From Enoplolaimus lenunculus (taxonomy: Eukaryota), in contig JASANG010001881.1 of the NCBI GenBank assembly GCA_030248215.1, positions 310,001 to 374,000 of the forward strand: a DNA stretch of 64,000 nucleotides, read 5' to 3'. The notes under the pieces were generated by a model. That model saw nothing but the letters and a program-made list of their open reading frames with translations. It was not told the DNA's origin and did no database searches. Positions 12,525-24,883 of this stretch are shown one piece after another; the first letter of the stretch is position 1; each line of letters starts with the position of its first letter. The position numbers were made by a program, and so were the translations under genes.

Positions 12525-12829
12525 TTAAACAAGCTACTTTGACTAATACTAATAGCCAATTATTGATGCCTGCATTTTAAAAGCTTAAATTCAAAGCAGT
12601 AAAATTTTTTGGTCCTGGTTGAGCCTCACCAGTGAAGTAAGCCTAAACCTAAAACAAGCCTAAGCGTAAAGCATAAACATAAGACTAAACGCTCGTCCTA
12701 AGCTTATATTGTCCGGTCTCTAAGTCGCTCAGCAACCCTGTCTCACAGTCGACAGTCCAATACAGGACCCCCAATTTATAAACCGGAAAGATTTTATTTT
12801 TGTTACAATGAAATTTAATGTTACGTTAA

Positions 12830-13080
12830 CACTGTAAATCCCAGTGAGTTGATTTTAACTCAGAACGAGTTGAATCACTCAGTCTGAGTTAGGACTTTCA
12901 GAACTCAGAATTCTGAGTCGGTAAAGCTCACCCTGATTTAATTATTCGACTTACCCGGAATCAACTCAACTAACAGCGGGAATCAACTCGACTCAGGTGA
13001 GTTAATGTTTACTGATATTAATTCAGAAATAACCAAGTCACCAGCTGAGTTAATTAATCAACTCATTGGAATTTACAGTG
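12830..13080. mobile_element. Family D palindromic MITE (CACTGTAAA...TTTACAGTG; CMC-like, 2-bp TSD)
   Basis: Long imperfect TIRs rich in GAGTT/AACTC; 2-bp flanks aa/aa here, ca/ca at 52238-52487, ta/ta at 47256-47451; copies also near 15117-15480, 38117-38366, 38725-38931, 45849-46000, 52601-52972, 53956-54204, 55111-55346, 58571-59085. Confidence 0.8.
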
Positions 13081-13326
13081 AAGCATCTCGCTTGCTTCGC
13101 TCACAAGGTTTTCGGATTAAGCTTTGTGTTCGCTTCGCTCGCAAAACATTCAAAACCCAATCGAGCCTGTAACTCCTTGGATCCGAAACTGATCCCAATT
13201 AAAAATCCTGCCAACTGCACGCCTGGGCCTTTATAATTATGACACGGACCAATTTTTTTCAAGTTTTAAGCCAATCATTTTATAAAATTTTGCTGACAAT
13301 TTTGCGTTGCGAGTCAACAAATTTAC

Positions 13327-13494
13327 TTTTGCAAGCTGGTGCATTAATTGCTAAATTATATCGACACAACGGCTGGGATTCGCCGACTAATGCGTATCCA
13401 GAGTTGCAACTGTACGTAACCGGCATTCCAATAACCACCGGCGTTCGAGGGACCGAATATGTCCCGTATGAAATTGACGGAACGCTACACGTTT
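13327..13494 (-). CDS. Sushi/CCP exon 1
   Basis: tttcag/GTAAAT; 168 nt, phase 1-1; TCSVPSISYGTYSVPRTPVVIGMPVTYSCNSGYALVGESQPLCRYNLAINAPACK. Confidence 0.88.
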
Positions 13495-14064
13495 CTGAAA
13501 GCGAAAAGAAGCCGAGAAAATATTAACCCTTTCCTACATGAATATTTTCAATTGTATACGAGATGCAACGTCAAGTTGGACTTGAACCTGGAACTCTTGG
13601 ATGAAAGCCGTTTACAATTGCCGATTGACTGTTGAAAGGTAGACGTTCGAGGCCCAGGAGGTGTCACGTCTACGCGATTTTGCACTGGGCCACTGCGTAC
13701 TGCAAACTATTTAGCGTACAGAGTAGCAGTGGTGGTCACTAACCGATGACCAATGTTAATTTATGGCCGTAACATTAATAGGTGAAGCGTATTCCTAAGC
13801 CTAAACCAAAGCCTAAACGTCGAAAAACGTGCATTCTAAAGCTTAATCCTTTGCCTAAGCCTAAGCCTATGAGTGTATTAGAGAGCATTAATAACGTGAA
13901 GTATGTGTTGACGCGAAAAATTCGCTCAGACAAAAATAGAATTTTTTCCATTTTTTTTCGTAAAAACATTGAAAAAAATTCATTTCTTCCGTTAAAATAA
14001 TTTCTTCCGAAAATATTAACAAATCTGCATTTTGACCAAATTTATTGATGCTAATAAAACTAAC

Positions 14065-14184
14065 GTGTCGAATCACTACAACGGACATGAACGAATCCAA
14101 GGGTGCACGCGCATGTGTGACAATGCGAAGAATACGCAAGATAGTTATACGTAGTCGTACATGGGTAATCTTGTAGACTAAAAT
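14065..14184 (-). CDS. Cys-rich linker exon before the Sushi array
   Basis: tttcag/GTTAGT; 120 nt, phase 1-1; FSLQDYPCTTTYNYLAYSSHCHTCACTLGFVHVRCSDST; in frame with both neighbours. Confidence 0.75.
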
Positions 14185-15544
14185 CTGAAAAAAAATAAAA
14201 TTCGTTAGCAAAAATTCAAATAAGTGGATTTTTTGGCCTTAGTGATGAAGTTTGGATCAGTGTAAATTTCAGTGAGTTGATTTTAACTCACAATTGATGG
14301 GTTTCCGAAATCTTACTAAGTATTCACTTAAGTTTATACTTTATGTAATTACTTAAGTTGACGGCTTAAGTAAATACTTAAATTTCAAGCAAAATCAAAT
14401 AAATGCCAAATGTCAGTCATTGTTATAACAAGAAAATAATAGTTTTGCTTTATATTAATAAGGCACCGTGAGTCTACAATTACAATTAGACTAAGGTTAG
14501 TATGCCTGAATGGTATATTTGTAATCTATTAAATTTAGTCAGCAACATAAGCACTTACTTAACTTTAGTTTGCTTTTAAAAACGACGAAAATGCAATGCT
14601 TTTAACGGTGGACTTGGTATTGTGGCCATTCCATTGACGATGCTGTTGATGTGATTTAAGAAAAACTTGAATTTTTAAACTCATTTTAACTGTTTGTGTG
14701 AAAAATAATTATTACTTTATTGAAATTTTGCTTTAAATCAGAAACGGGTTCAAACATTTGCTGCTGTTGGGTGTAGCTTTGGGCGCAAAAGTAAAAAAAA
14801 TTCGCAGATGAAGCCAGGGGCATATCCAACGTAAGCCCTATTCACATGTGCAAGTTTCTGCTGCGAGAATTGCAGCTGAAAATTACACGCAAAACTTGCA
14901 TTTTTTCATCAGCCAATGAGAAAGCGGCTGTAATAAATTGAGTGAACTTGCAATGTTTATTCACACGTGTGAACTAAATTCCTCACTATGATTTTTAATG
15001 AATTATTTGCAGCTACAAGTTTTTCGAGCGGTTAAAGGTCAAAAAAAATTTGTCGCTCACTACGCTCGCTAGCGAATAACTGTTTATAAAATTTTTCTCT
15101 ACGGAAAGTCTTGTGGACTGTAAGAGTCCAGTGAATTGATTAGTCAACTCTGAGAGAATTAGTTGTTTCTGGTTATTCCTGAGTTAATAACAATCGATAT
15201 TAACCCACTCTGAGCTGATTTAATTTAGGGTGATTTATTGAGTACACATATATAGAATAAGTTCAATCAATGCAGAATTCTGAGTTCTGGAAGACCTAAC
15301 TGCTGAATTCGATCTTTCGAAATTCTGAATTAATTGAACTCATTCTGGGTTAATTAGTCAACTCACCCGGAATTAAATCACCTTATAGCAAGTTAATTTG
15401 TTTGCTGTTTATTAACTCAGAAATAGACAGAAATAACTAATTTGCTCTCTAAACTGATTAGTCAACTCGCTTGAATTTAGAGCGTGACCAATAAACAAAC
15501 AAACAAACAAATAAACAAACAAACAAACAAAACAAACAACTTAC

Positions 15545-15746
15545 ATGTTCCGCTTGGTATTGTACGATCGAACCAGTATGTAACATAAGAATTTGATGGG
15601 AAATATACTCCTTTACACGATGTGGTTGCACAAATACTATTAAATGTTGCCGTAGAAGTATCACAAACATAGCCAAAAGGCACAACGCTGCTATCATAGC
15701 ACTTTAGCCGCCCTTCGTCCCAATATGTTGAAAATTCCATTGCCAT
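15545..15746 (-). CDS. Cys-containing exon of unrecognised domain between SRCR and Sushi array
   Basis: Strong GTAAGT donor (phase 1); MAMEFSTYWDEGRLKCYDSSVVPFGYVCDTSTATFNSICATTSCKGVYFPSNSYVTYWFDRTIPSGT. The 5' boundary is uncertain: GAG acceptor at 15747 (phase 0) or CAG at 15815 (phase 1). Confidence 0.7.
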
Positions 15747-15923
15747 CTCAAACAAAAAACTCAAATTATTTAAAAATATCATTTTTTGCATTAAAATAAA
15801 AATCTTTTTATTTCCTGTAATACAATTCGTCAACTGTGTCAGAACTGCACGGTCGGGACGACCCCTGTCTCAGAAGTAGTGCGAATATACATAGTTTTTC
15901 CACATAATTTCTCCAAAACATAT

Positions 15924-15995
15924 GGCCACGCCGGCAATCGAACGTCGGACCTCTCGCTTGCGAGTCAAGCGCGCTACCCATTGCACCACGCTGCC
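15924..15995 (-). mobile_element. tRNA-derived SINE head or pseudo-tRNA
   Basis: GGCAGCGTGGTGCAATGGGTAGCGCG...GTTCGATTGCCGGCGTGGCC has A- and B-box-like motifs but mismatched acceptor and anticodon stems. Confidence 0.6.
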
Positions 15996-16580
15996 GGTAT
16001 TATAATTTTCTCTAATACTATAAGTGCAGGTGTATGCATGTGTCTTACATTACATTAACTATGCACATAAGCTACAAACACATATACCAACAACCCGGAC
16101 AACTCGTCGCCCGGCTGCTTTTTAAAATTTACTCATAAGCATAGTTCTAAGCCTAAGCCTAAGCATAATTATTGGCGACAAATTGTCGAATCAACAACCA
16201 GTTTTCGAATTACAAGTTATCGGTCGGCGAGTTGTCAGGCAACGAATTGTCGCGCTCAATAATGATCTGGGTCAAGTAGACTAAGCAGTCAAAGCTACAT
16301 TTACCTGCAACTTTGGTTATGTCAAAGCCCAAATTTTGACGGAATTTTAACTCGGTGCATGTGTGGTTGCTCAAATTTAATGGTTTCTGTTCAGAGTGAA
16401 ATTTGCATCAAAATACTTAGCTAATATATTTTAAAATTACACTTTAGTTTCTGTGTACAGAGCTGACGTTTACTCAAAAATGGTTCAATTTTGAAATTTT
16501 TTTGCATATTTGAGCTTCTGAAGACTGTTTTATGATCCTTGCAACAGCTGGTTATTTTGAGTATTATAGTTTTAGCTTAC

Positions 16581-16597
16581 CTCATTGTGAAAATAAT
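16581..16597 (-). CDS. Candidate 17-nt micro-exon (YFHNE) bridging phase 1 to phase 0
   Basis: ttatttcag acceptor and GTAAGC donor; restores frame between the SRCR exon (ends phase 1) and the 15746 exon (phase 0). Confidence 0.45.
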
Positions 16598-18278
16598 CTG
16601 AAATAAGCAGTAGTAGAAATAAATATTTTTGCAACAATCGTGTACCCACAGCTTAAATTGGTAAAAGCCTGGCCAAAAAGCATAAAATATTGACAAATTA
16701 GCAAAGGCGAGTGTAGGATTTCCCGGTATGGGAGGATGCTTTTGGTGTTCTGACTAATGAAAACAAAACTGGAATATATTTGAATTGATCTCGTGCTCAC
16801 TAAAAATGTACTTAAAATTAAGTAAAACTTGCCGAATTTACTTACTATGGTGCTTGGCACAGTTTTACTTAACTTTAGCAAACATAAAATTCTTAGCTTT
16901 ACATTTACTTAATTGCATTATTTAGGCAAACATTTACTCAATATTTAGTACACTTATACTTAAAGAAGTTAGTAAAATAAAACTAAAGTATTTTAAGTAG
17001 TTTTTACAGAGTACTAAACAATGTGCACCCGTATATTGTCCAGATATTTCCATGACAAAGCTTTTCACATCATTTGAAGTTCTACGTTTCGAAATATGCT
17101 CAGTGTCGTTTTCGACACCCTGGTGCTTTAAAGCATAATTTTAGTAATTTTTGATATTCTTATATTGACTAATTGCGTTGAAGGTGCAAATTTCTTAAAT
17201 TCTATTTTTGTAAACCTTCACATATTTTTCATCTATTTGGCTAAAATAACCATTATGTAACCTTCCAATAAACCGTTTGTATCGCAAACTTTCAGCAAAT
17301 GTAGGCCGGTGGGGGGATAATTTCCTCATACCCCACTGGATCTACCACTGCCTATTAATATAGAACAGACAGATGGTGAACGTTAATTAAATGCGATGAA
17401 CGATGCTTATATCTGACGCTGGCAAAATGTGTTTGGATCGTAGAAGGGTGCATGGCTCGTTGTTCTCACAGTACGTCCCATATTTCCAATAAAAATGGAA
17501 AGCATATTTGTTATATAGGCTTAGATTTCTAAACTGCCAGATTTCTAGCTAAAATAACTAAATATAATAGAAAACTTTTACCGATAAAAAGACTCTTTTC
17601 CGAAAAAATAAAAAAATTGCTTATGTCAGCAAAGGAGGGCCTGCTTACTAAGCCTAAGCTTAAACATATGCGTAGTTGTAAGTCTAAGACTAAACCTAAG
17701 TCTAAGCCTAGTATAGTCGCTAAGTAGCCTAGTCTTGGTAGTCGCTAAGTAGCCTAGTCTTGGTAGTCGCTAAGTAGCCTAGTCCTGGTGTCTCCAAATG
17801 GATGTTCCCGTATAATTTACACGGGTCAAACACTGGTGCCTATCATTCCGCTGTGGAAAATTTAGTATATACTTCTGAACAGATCTAAACTCTCAAGCAA
17901 TATGCACATGTGCAAGTTTTTGCTGCGAGAATTTGCAGCTGCAACTTGCATTTGCAAGATTTGTCCAAAATACCGTTCGAAAAACTTGCAGCTGCAAGTA
18001 ATTCATCATCAAATCATAGCCAAGAATTTAGTTCACGTGTGTGAACAACCATGCAAGTTCACTGAATTTATTGCAGCCGTTTTTTCATTGGCTGATGAAC
18101 AAATGCAAGTTCTCGCAGCAAAAACTTGCACGTGTGGGTAGGGCTTTATTGATACAATTTGTAAGCTGACTGAAATATTGTAAATTATGTAACATTAAAA
18201 ATAATCGAATTAAGTATTAATACTAAAATTAATTTAATTTTAAACTTTTTGAAAAAAAAAGAAAAAATAATCACTAAC

Positions 18279-18398
18279 TGTTGTGACATACAACTCCAGC
18301 GCTGGTTGAACACGAAAGCGGACCCCATCCGCCGTGTGGACACTGAAATAACCGACTTTCAGTGCCTGCACATTGAAGATTTGTCATCCAGGTGGTGG
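18279..18398 (-). CDS. SRCR domain, C-terminal exon
   Basis: ttttcag/GTTAGT; 120 nt, phase 1-1; TTWMTNLQCAGTESRLFQCPHGGWGPLSCSTSAGVVCHN matches the SRCR W-xx-x-C-x-G-x-E-xx-L-xx-C...GWG...C...AGVxC pattern. Confidence 0.9.
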
Positions 18399-19045
18399 CT
18401 GAAAACAGCGTAATAAATCTGATACGGGTCGACCCAACCGCGGATATTTAACTAAGTCATTCTCTCATGTTTTAGGACAAACTAGAGACACTTTATAATA
18501 ATTGCCGGTTAGCCAGAAACCTAAACCTAAGACTAAGGCTAAACCAAGCAAAGATAATAGTCGAAAGCTTAAACTTGTTCTATTCTAGTCCCACAGAAAA
18601 ACTCTCCGCCCCTGATCTTTACATGCACCAACATATTTTTGGGATTCGCGTACAAGGGTTATGACTTTTACAAGCCAGGTTGAAAATTTTCCAGGGTGTA
18701 TTTCTTCTAAAGAGGATGGATTCCACGCATGAGAAATATACTTTTTTAGTCTTTAACCTACTGTATCCTGCATCCAACCTGTTTTATCTATTTTAGTGTA
18801 ATGATACATTTATTTTCGAATGAGGGTGTACTCTGTGCCGACGTTGGCACCCCCTACCGGAATGCTTTTAAAAGTAGTGATAAGCTTTAGTAAAAACTAT
18901 ACGACTGACAGTATTCGCTTAAATCAACGTTTCGTTTTGCTTGATTATGCTCATTCGCAAAAACATCTCTTAGTATTAACGTTGTTATACCCTGCCCTAA
19001 GCAAAATGCTGGCTACGTTTCGATCGACTCGAGTTCAAAACATAC

Positions 19046-19223
19046 AAGCAGGCGTCCCGTAAAAGTTGCCCACGTGCGCCGTTGTTGCGCCAGCGAATCC
19101 CAACTGACGACACGCAACTTTTGCATCGTTTATGTCCCAGCCCAAATCGCACACTTTGCCCCATATCCCATCGATAAATATTTCAAGGTTGCCTTCGAAT
19201 CCACTTCCACCAATCAGTCGAAG
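19046..19223 (-). CDS. SRCR domain, N-terminal exon
   Basis: attttag/GTATGT; 178 nt, phase 0-1; LRLIGGSGFEGNLEIFIDGIWGKVCDLGWDINDAKVACRQLGFAGATTAHVGNFYGTPA matches the canonical SRCR signature (not in ORF track). Confidence 0.93.
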
Positions 19224-19241
19224 CTAAAATTAGGCAACAAT

Positions 19242-19606
19242 GGCTGGGTTTCAAAAATGTTACTTAAGTATTTACTTAAGCTATGCTTAAGTAATTTCAT
19301 ACGTCGCTGACTTGAGCAAATATTTAAGTTTTCGAACAAAACAGGTAAACGCCAGATGTGAGCAGTTGTCATAACAAAAAAGTAACAGTTTTGATTTATG
19401 TTAAGGAGGCACCACGAGCCTGCAATTTCAGTTGGACCATGTTTTGTATACCTGAACGGTTAATTTGTAATCTATCACATTTAGTCAGTGGCTTAAGTGT
19501 TTACTTAACTTAGGTACGCTTTTAAAACCGACAAAAAGGCTAAGTAATTACTTAGCCCGTACTTAAGTATCAAGTGATATTTAAGTAGGGTTTCAGGAAA
19601 CCAGCC
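19242..19606. mobile_element. MITE with GGCTGGGTTTC termini filling the intron 5' of the SRCR exon
   Basis: ggctgggtttc...gaaaccagcc; homologous copy at about 32119-32465 and partial copy at about 14298-14600. Confidence 0.75.
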
Positions 19607-21896
19607 AATATTTTACCATTTGTTGTTTGTGTAGCACATATCGGAAGTAACATCAACAGTGTATGATGTCGTTGTTTTATGTCCAACTGGGTACATTCTG
19701 TGTTCAAGACAACTAATCCAGCGGAAGTTGTGTTTTGGCCACGCCTCTCCACTTATTTAGAGGGGCAAACATTGCAGGACTACGGAGTCAATACGGGATC
19801 GTAATCTCAAATTTGTGCAGCATCTATTACCAGTTGGTGATAAACCCTGTAGGTTTGGAACTTTGATTGTTAAATTTTAAAATTGAGCAGAAGTTTCGCA
19901 TTTGGTCGACTTCTGTGCCAATTTTTAGGTACCCAATTGCAAGAGTTGCTCAGTTTGAACACCTATCACTAACTGCTGATAGGCGCTATGCGCATTTGAG
20001 AATCGGGGCCAAGTTTCCAAGCAAATGCGTCTATAACCCGGCTGCCCTTCACCTAATACCGGATTAGCCTAAAGCACAGTTTTACTAATCAAAAACCTTA
20101 CGTCACCGTTTATCAGAAGCTGGGTACCGTCCATCACCCGTACGGCGCCTTCTATCACCCGTACGACGCCGGCCGTCACCGTCATCAGCGTTATCGTACG
20201 AGAGTTATTTGCGTACGATACCGCACGATAGCGGACGGCGCCGTACGAGTAACGGACAGAGCCATATGGGTGACGGATAGCGCCGGGCGGCGCCACACGT
20301 CAATAAAAGCATGTATATAGCCAAACCCTAAGTATTGAACCTTTAATATTGCACAATAGACTTTATTCACTGGTTCGAAAGCTACAACACCAATACGCAT
20401 TTAATGCAGACTTGAAATATACCGTATACACACTGCACTATGCTTTCAATTTGATCCTGATGCGTATACAAGGGACCATCGAGAGGATATTCCCCTGTCG
20501 AAATATATAGAGACAAGAAAAAAATTATACGGTTTTAGCAGACTCTCGAATAACCACAACGGATCCTAAAAATCGAAAAAAGTTATGAATTTGAAATTAT
20601 GCCTTCCAGAACTAAAATCACGGTTATGGCCCTACTTTCAATAGTCTGTAGATGAGCCAAATTTGAAACAATTTCAGCTAAACTGCGATTAATTGTTAAA
20701 ATTGCACGTTTTATTTGCTGAATACTGCATAAAACTTGCAAATTTGCAATTTCATGCATTCAAGCATGCATGATATTCGACTATGCAACTCTTGGAATCT
20801 CGCACGATACAAAATGTACCCGGTACGCTGTGGGTGTTTGGCCGACCACCTTTATTTTGAGGGGGCACGCCTTGTGCGAACCATGGACTATATGTATCAG
20901 GCATCAACACTGCGCCGTTTACAGTTTAATTTAGAGTTATTGCATGTGACAGCGACAACAATCTAAATACGGGGACGGAAGGTCAAAAACGCAACGCCCG
21001 GTGGCACATTTTGTACCATTTGAAACCTCGAGAGTTGCATATTCTTTTATCATGCACTCTTGTGATTTTGTAGAGATTTCATTTTTGCATCTGTACTGGC
21101 GCAAGATAAAGTGGATCATGCATTTTACTTACCGTACATTCAAGATACGCTGAAAAACATAAAATATCAACAGCTCTTGTACGCTTCCATCCACAGGGAA
21201 CCGGCTTTAGGTTTAGGCTCATGCCTTGGAATTGGTTCAGGTTCCATAGATAACTTACGTAAACGTAAACCTAAACGTGAACCTAAACTTTATCTAAGCC
21301 AAAGCTTGAGCCTAAGACTAACTCAAATCCTTGACTGTAAGTGGACTGGAAAGGTTGGCTTTTCCTGATTCTAGTCGTAATTTTAAAAACTGATTTGGTT
21401 ACGTTTTTACGAGCTGTAAGATTCATTTTTTATTGCAGTCAGCTAAATAACATACTTAAATTAATATTGGTGTAAAAATTATTCAACGATGCAAAACCAT
21501 GATTTTGACGTATACACGTCGGCTTTTATACCAATTTCACAGAATAAATTAATTTTTTCGATCGTAACAAAATTACAAAATGTGTCATGTAGACTTAGAA
21601 AATTACTTATATTGAAAACATTACCTAAGTTTTAAACATTACTGAAATTTAAATAAATTAATTAAATTTAAGAAGTGACTTAAATTTAAAAAATTACTTA
21701 AATTAAAAAATAATTAAATATAAAACATACTTAAATTTTAAAAAATAATTTACATATAAAAATTACTTAAATTTAAAAAATTAAATATAAAAATACTTAA
21801 ATTTTAAAAAATAATTTTACATAGAAAAATTACTTAAATTTACAAAATTAATTAAATATAAAAAATACATAACTTTACAAAAATATATATTTTTAC

Positions 21897-21978
21897 CAAA
21901 TCGTTTCGATCGGGTATGAGGTTCTTCCCATGAATGCGGTCCTGTGTAGTTATCGTAGTAGTTGTCTTGCATGTAAAC
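21897..21978 (-). CDS. Probable exon 4 of the DEG/ENaC-like gene
   Basis: tttttag/GTAAAA; 82 nt GC-richer island in AT-rich DNA; phase 0-1 reading VYMQDNYYDNYTGPHSWEEPHTRSKRF, with an RxKR site. Confidence 0.55.
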
Positions 21979-23366
21979 CTAAAAACAAAACAATACAGCA
22001 TTTAATAGTAACACAACACTTTAAAAAAAATCTTGGTCAGCCGCGGGTTCTGGCATTCCTCACAGTTAATTATCTCGAATTTTAACAAAACAGAATACAT
22101 TCTTAATACAAAAACTGCTATTTTTCCGCGTTTGCATGTACCATGGCCCCGACACCAGAGCCTCAAAGCCTCACCCAATCTCTATTTTTGAAGTTTTTAC
22201 GTAAACAAATTTCTGAATTCGAAGCCACGGGTTATGTAGCGAGGTTGAAGCTAGACGTATGCTTGTGTTAAATCTTACGGTAAAAGCAAGCTTTCAATTT
22301 TGAGCACCGTAACTTTGGTCTCACTGTCGACGAAACCTGGTGAGGGAACCGAACAAGAAGCATATGTGGTTTTACATGGAATCTCTTGGCGAAGCTTCAA
22401 TTCAGAAATCCATTTATATATTCATATGCTGCAATTTTCGCGTTTTTCGGACATATAATGTGTCCTGGTAGACATATACACACGGTCACTGTTAATGTGT
22501 TGCATGAAAATTAGTTACTTACATGTCATCTAAAAACGTTATTTTATACCATAATCGTTTAATATTTTTCCATCTATTTCCATTTTTTTCCATTCCCCGC
22601 GAAAAAAATAAAAAAATGGAAAAAATCCATTTTCCGGTAATTTTTTTCCGGCCAACAAGCCTGCATGCAAGTGCATATGAGGCAAATTTCAAATAAGCTA
22701 AAAGTGTCTCTTTAAGACTGATTTTATATGGAGCCAAAGTTTTAGTAATCGAAGCGGCCCATGTACTTAACAGGGCCGGATCGTTTTCCGGCGGGCTGTA
22801 ATAGAGTCAGTATAAACTTTAGACTAACGCTTATGCTTAGGCTTAGGATTAGGCTTAGCAATATGCTCATCCTTGCGCTTAGGCTTAGGCTTAGCAATAT
22901 GCTTCATACTACCTGTTCTGGCCCTGTTCTATACATCGGCCATGGAAGCAGACCTCTTTAGGCCTTATATATTTGGCTACGTATAAGGCTGTTTCACAAA
23001 TTCTGACCTTACGAAATTGTACTTTATGAACAAATGCCTAATCTACGACAAAGGGTACAGCAGCGTAGGGGGCAGGTACATCCTATCATTTTTGAAATGA
23101 AAAAAGTTTGCATAAATGGAAAGTGTCACTAAAAAATAGCATCGATCCTACCTTTCACAAATAGTTAAAATTGCGTTTAACTTTTCGCTCGCTTCGCTAA
23201 CAGGGCGTATTCCAGCATATCACGCATCAGCGTATGTGGGGGATTGAATCATTAGATTAACTGCTGATACCCTTGTCTGCAACCGATGCTGACTATTAAT
23301 TTCACAAATTTAGCATGGAATCCTAAATTGAAATGTTAAAAAATTATATTTCGAACATTTTTTTAC

Positions 23367-23608
23367 ATTTTGACTAAACTGCTTATCGAATTCATAGTTG
23401 TGCAATTTCAAATTGCGATTATTTGCAATAATTGTACGATTTGTTGCCATTGCAGTGGTGCGAACATCCTCAGCGACAGATGCAACTGATGGAAAACGTT
23501 GGTCAACAACAACCGCAACATTGGCAGTCGGACTTTGGCTGATACCAGTTCGACGATGGACCCGCTTAATCCGATCAAATCGGCTTGTTTGTTTCCATTC
23601 GGCTAATT
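23367..23608 (-). CDS. Probable exon 3 of the DEG/ENaC-like gene
   Basis: gttcag acceptor (in-frame alternative at 23633) and GTAAAA donor; phase 1-0; LAEWKQTSRFDRIKRVHRRTGISQSPTANVAVVVDQRF...YEFDKQFSQN. Confidence 0.5.
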
Positions 23609-24091
23609 CTGAACACAACACAATATTATTAGCTGGGTTGTAGAGACATGACTTATGTGGCCCATGATGTAAAAATCAGGGGTGGAACGTTTTTCTATCG
23701 CACTAGAAAAGTGCAAGCTTAAGCTTTAGACTAATTTTTTCGCTTGGCTTAGGCTTAGGCTTACGCTTACGCTTTGGAATATGCTTATAGGGCCCATGTT
23801 ACTTCAAGGGGCGTCCACATTTCTGGTGGGTCTGTAAAAGAGTAGGTTTAGATTCTATATTACATTTTTTGGTTAGGCTTAGGTTTAGGAACACATTTTT
23901 ACAACGCTTAGGCTTAGGTTTACGCGTAGTCTACTGTTACGCCCCTAATAGTAACATTGGCCGCAATCTGCATGGAAATTTTGTTTCCACAAAACAATCA
24001 CATTTGTGTTTTGAAAAAATATTGTAAACAAAGTAATGCTGGAAAGTTGCCCACAGGCATAAATGCAAATCAAACCCGCAAAATTGAGCAC

Positions 24092-24179
24092 CTGCAGTGA
24101 AATCAGCTGCATTTTGACGCTTTTTTCGAGTTCTGTTTCGATTCATCATGTCTTTTTCCATACTTTCATATGCAGCTTT
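24092..24179 (-). CDS. DEG/ENaC-like gene exon 2
   Basis: tttgtag/GTGCTC; phase 0-1; KAAYESMEKDMMNRNRTRKKRQNAADFTA, with an RKKR furin-type site as found in the finger region of ENaC/degenerins. Confidence 0.75.
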
Positions 24180-24883
24180 CTACAAAATACTCGTAGAAAA
24201 AATTGGTCAGTTTTTACAGTTTCCCCAGTTGTCAACACTTTTACATTTTGAATTAACTTATGCATCGTTTACAATTAAAAATTTCATTTTGTCACCAAAA
24301 ACATTATAAGGTAGCGTTAACACGTGTCAATTTTGAAAATTGTCATGAGTTAACCCTACGCCTATTAACCCTTCCATAGCACATGTCACAGCCCAATCCT
24401 AATATGTGTCACAGAGCATTTTATAACACGCGTTATGGTAAGGTTAACGCGAATTTTACGTTATGGTAGGGTTAACGTATGATAATTTTAAAATATGACA
24501 CGTGTTAACCCTATCTTATAATGTTTTCAGTGGCAAAATGAAATTTTTTATCGTCAACGATGCATTATAGAATTGATTGGTACGGGATTGGATTAGCATT
24601 AGCCTTGGCTCAGACTTAGGATCAGGCATGGGTTTGGACGTAGGTTTATTACGCTTGTTGAGGAAAGTGTACAAAAGACTAAACAATGTCAGCTGCCCGC
24701 AGTGATATACGACAATTTATCACAGACAACGATTACAGTTTCAATGTAATTGTTTGCACATCGATTCGCTTTTAGCTGTAATATACACGCAAAAGTTAGC
24801 TAAAATGATGCTTAAAATACGTATGTTGAGCGTTCCAGGTTTAAAACACAGATGATTGTCCACCAGGTCAAATTTAAACTTAC

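Noticed and set aside
15924..15995. Functional tRNA-Ala(CGC)
   Set aside because: Mismatches in the acceptor, anticodon and T stems; treated as a tRNA-derived repeat.
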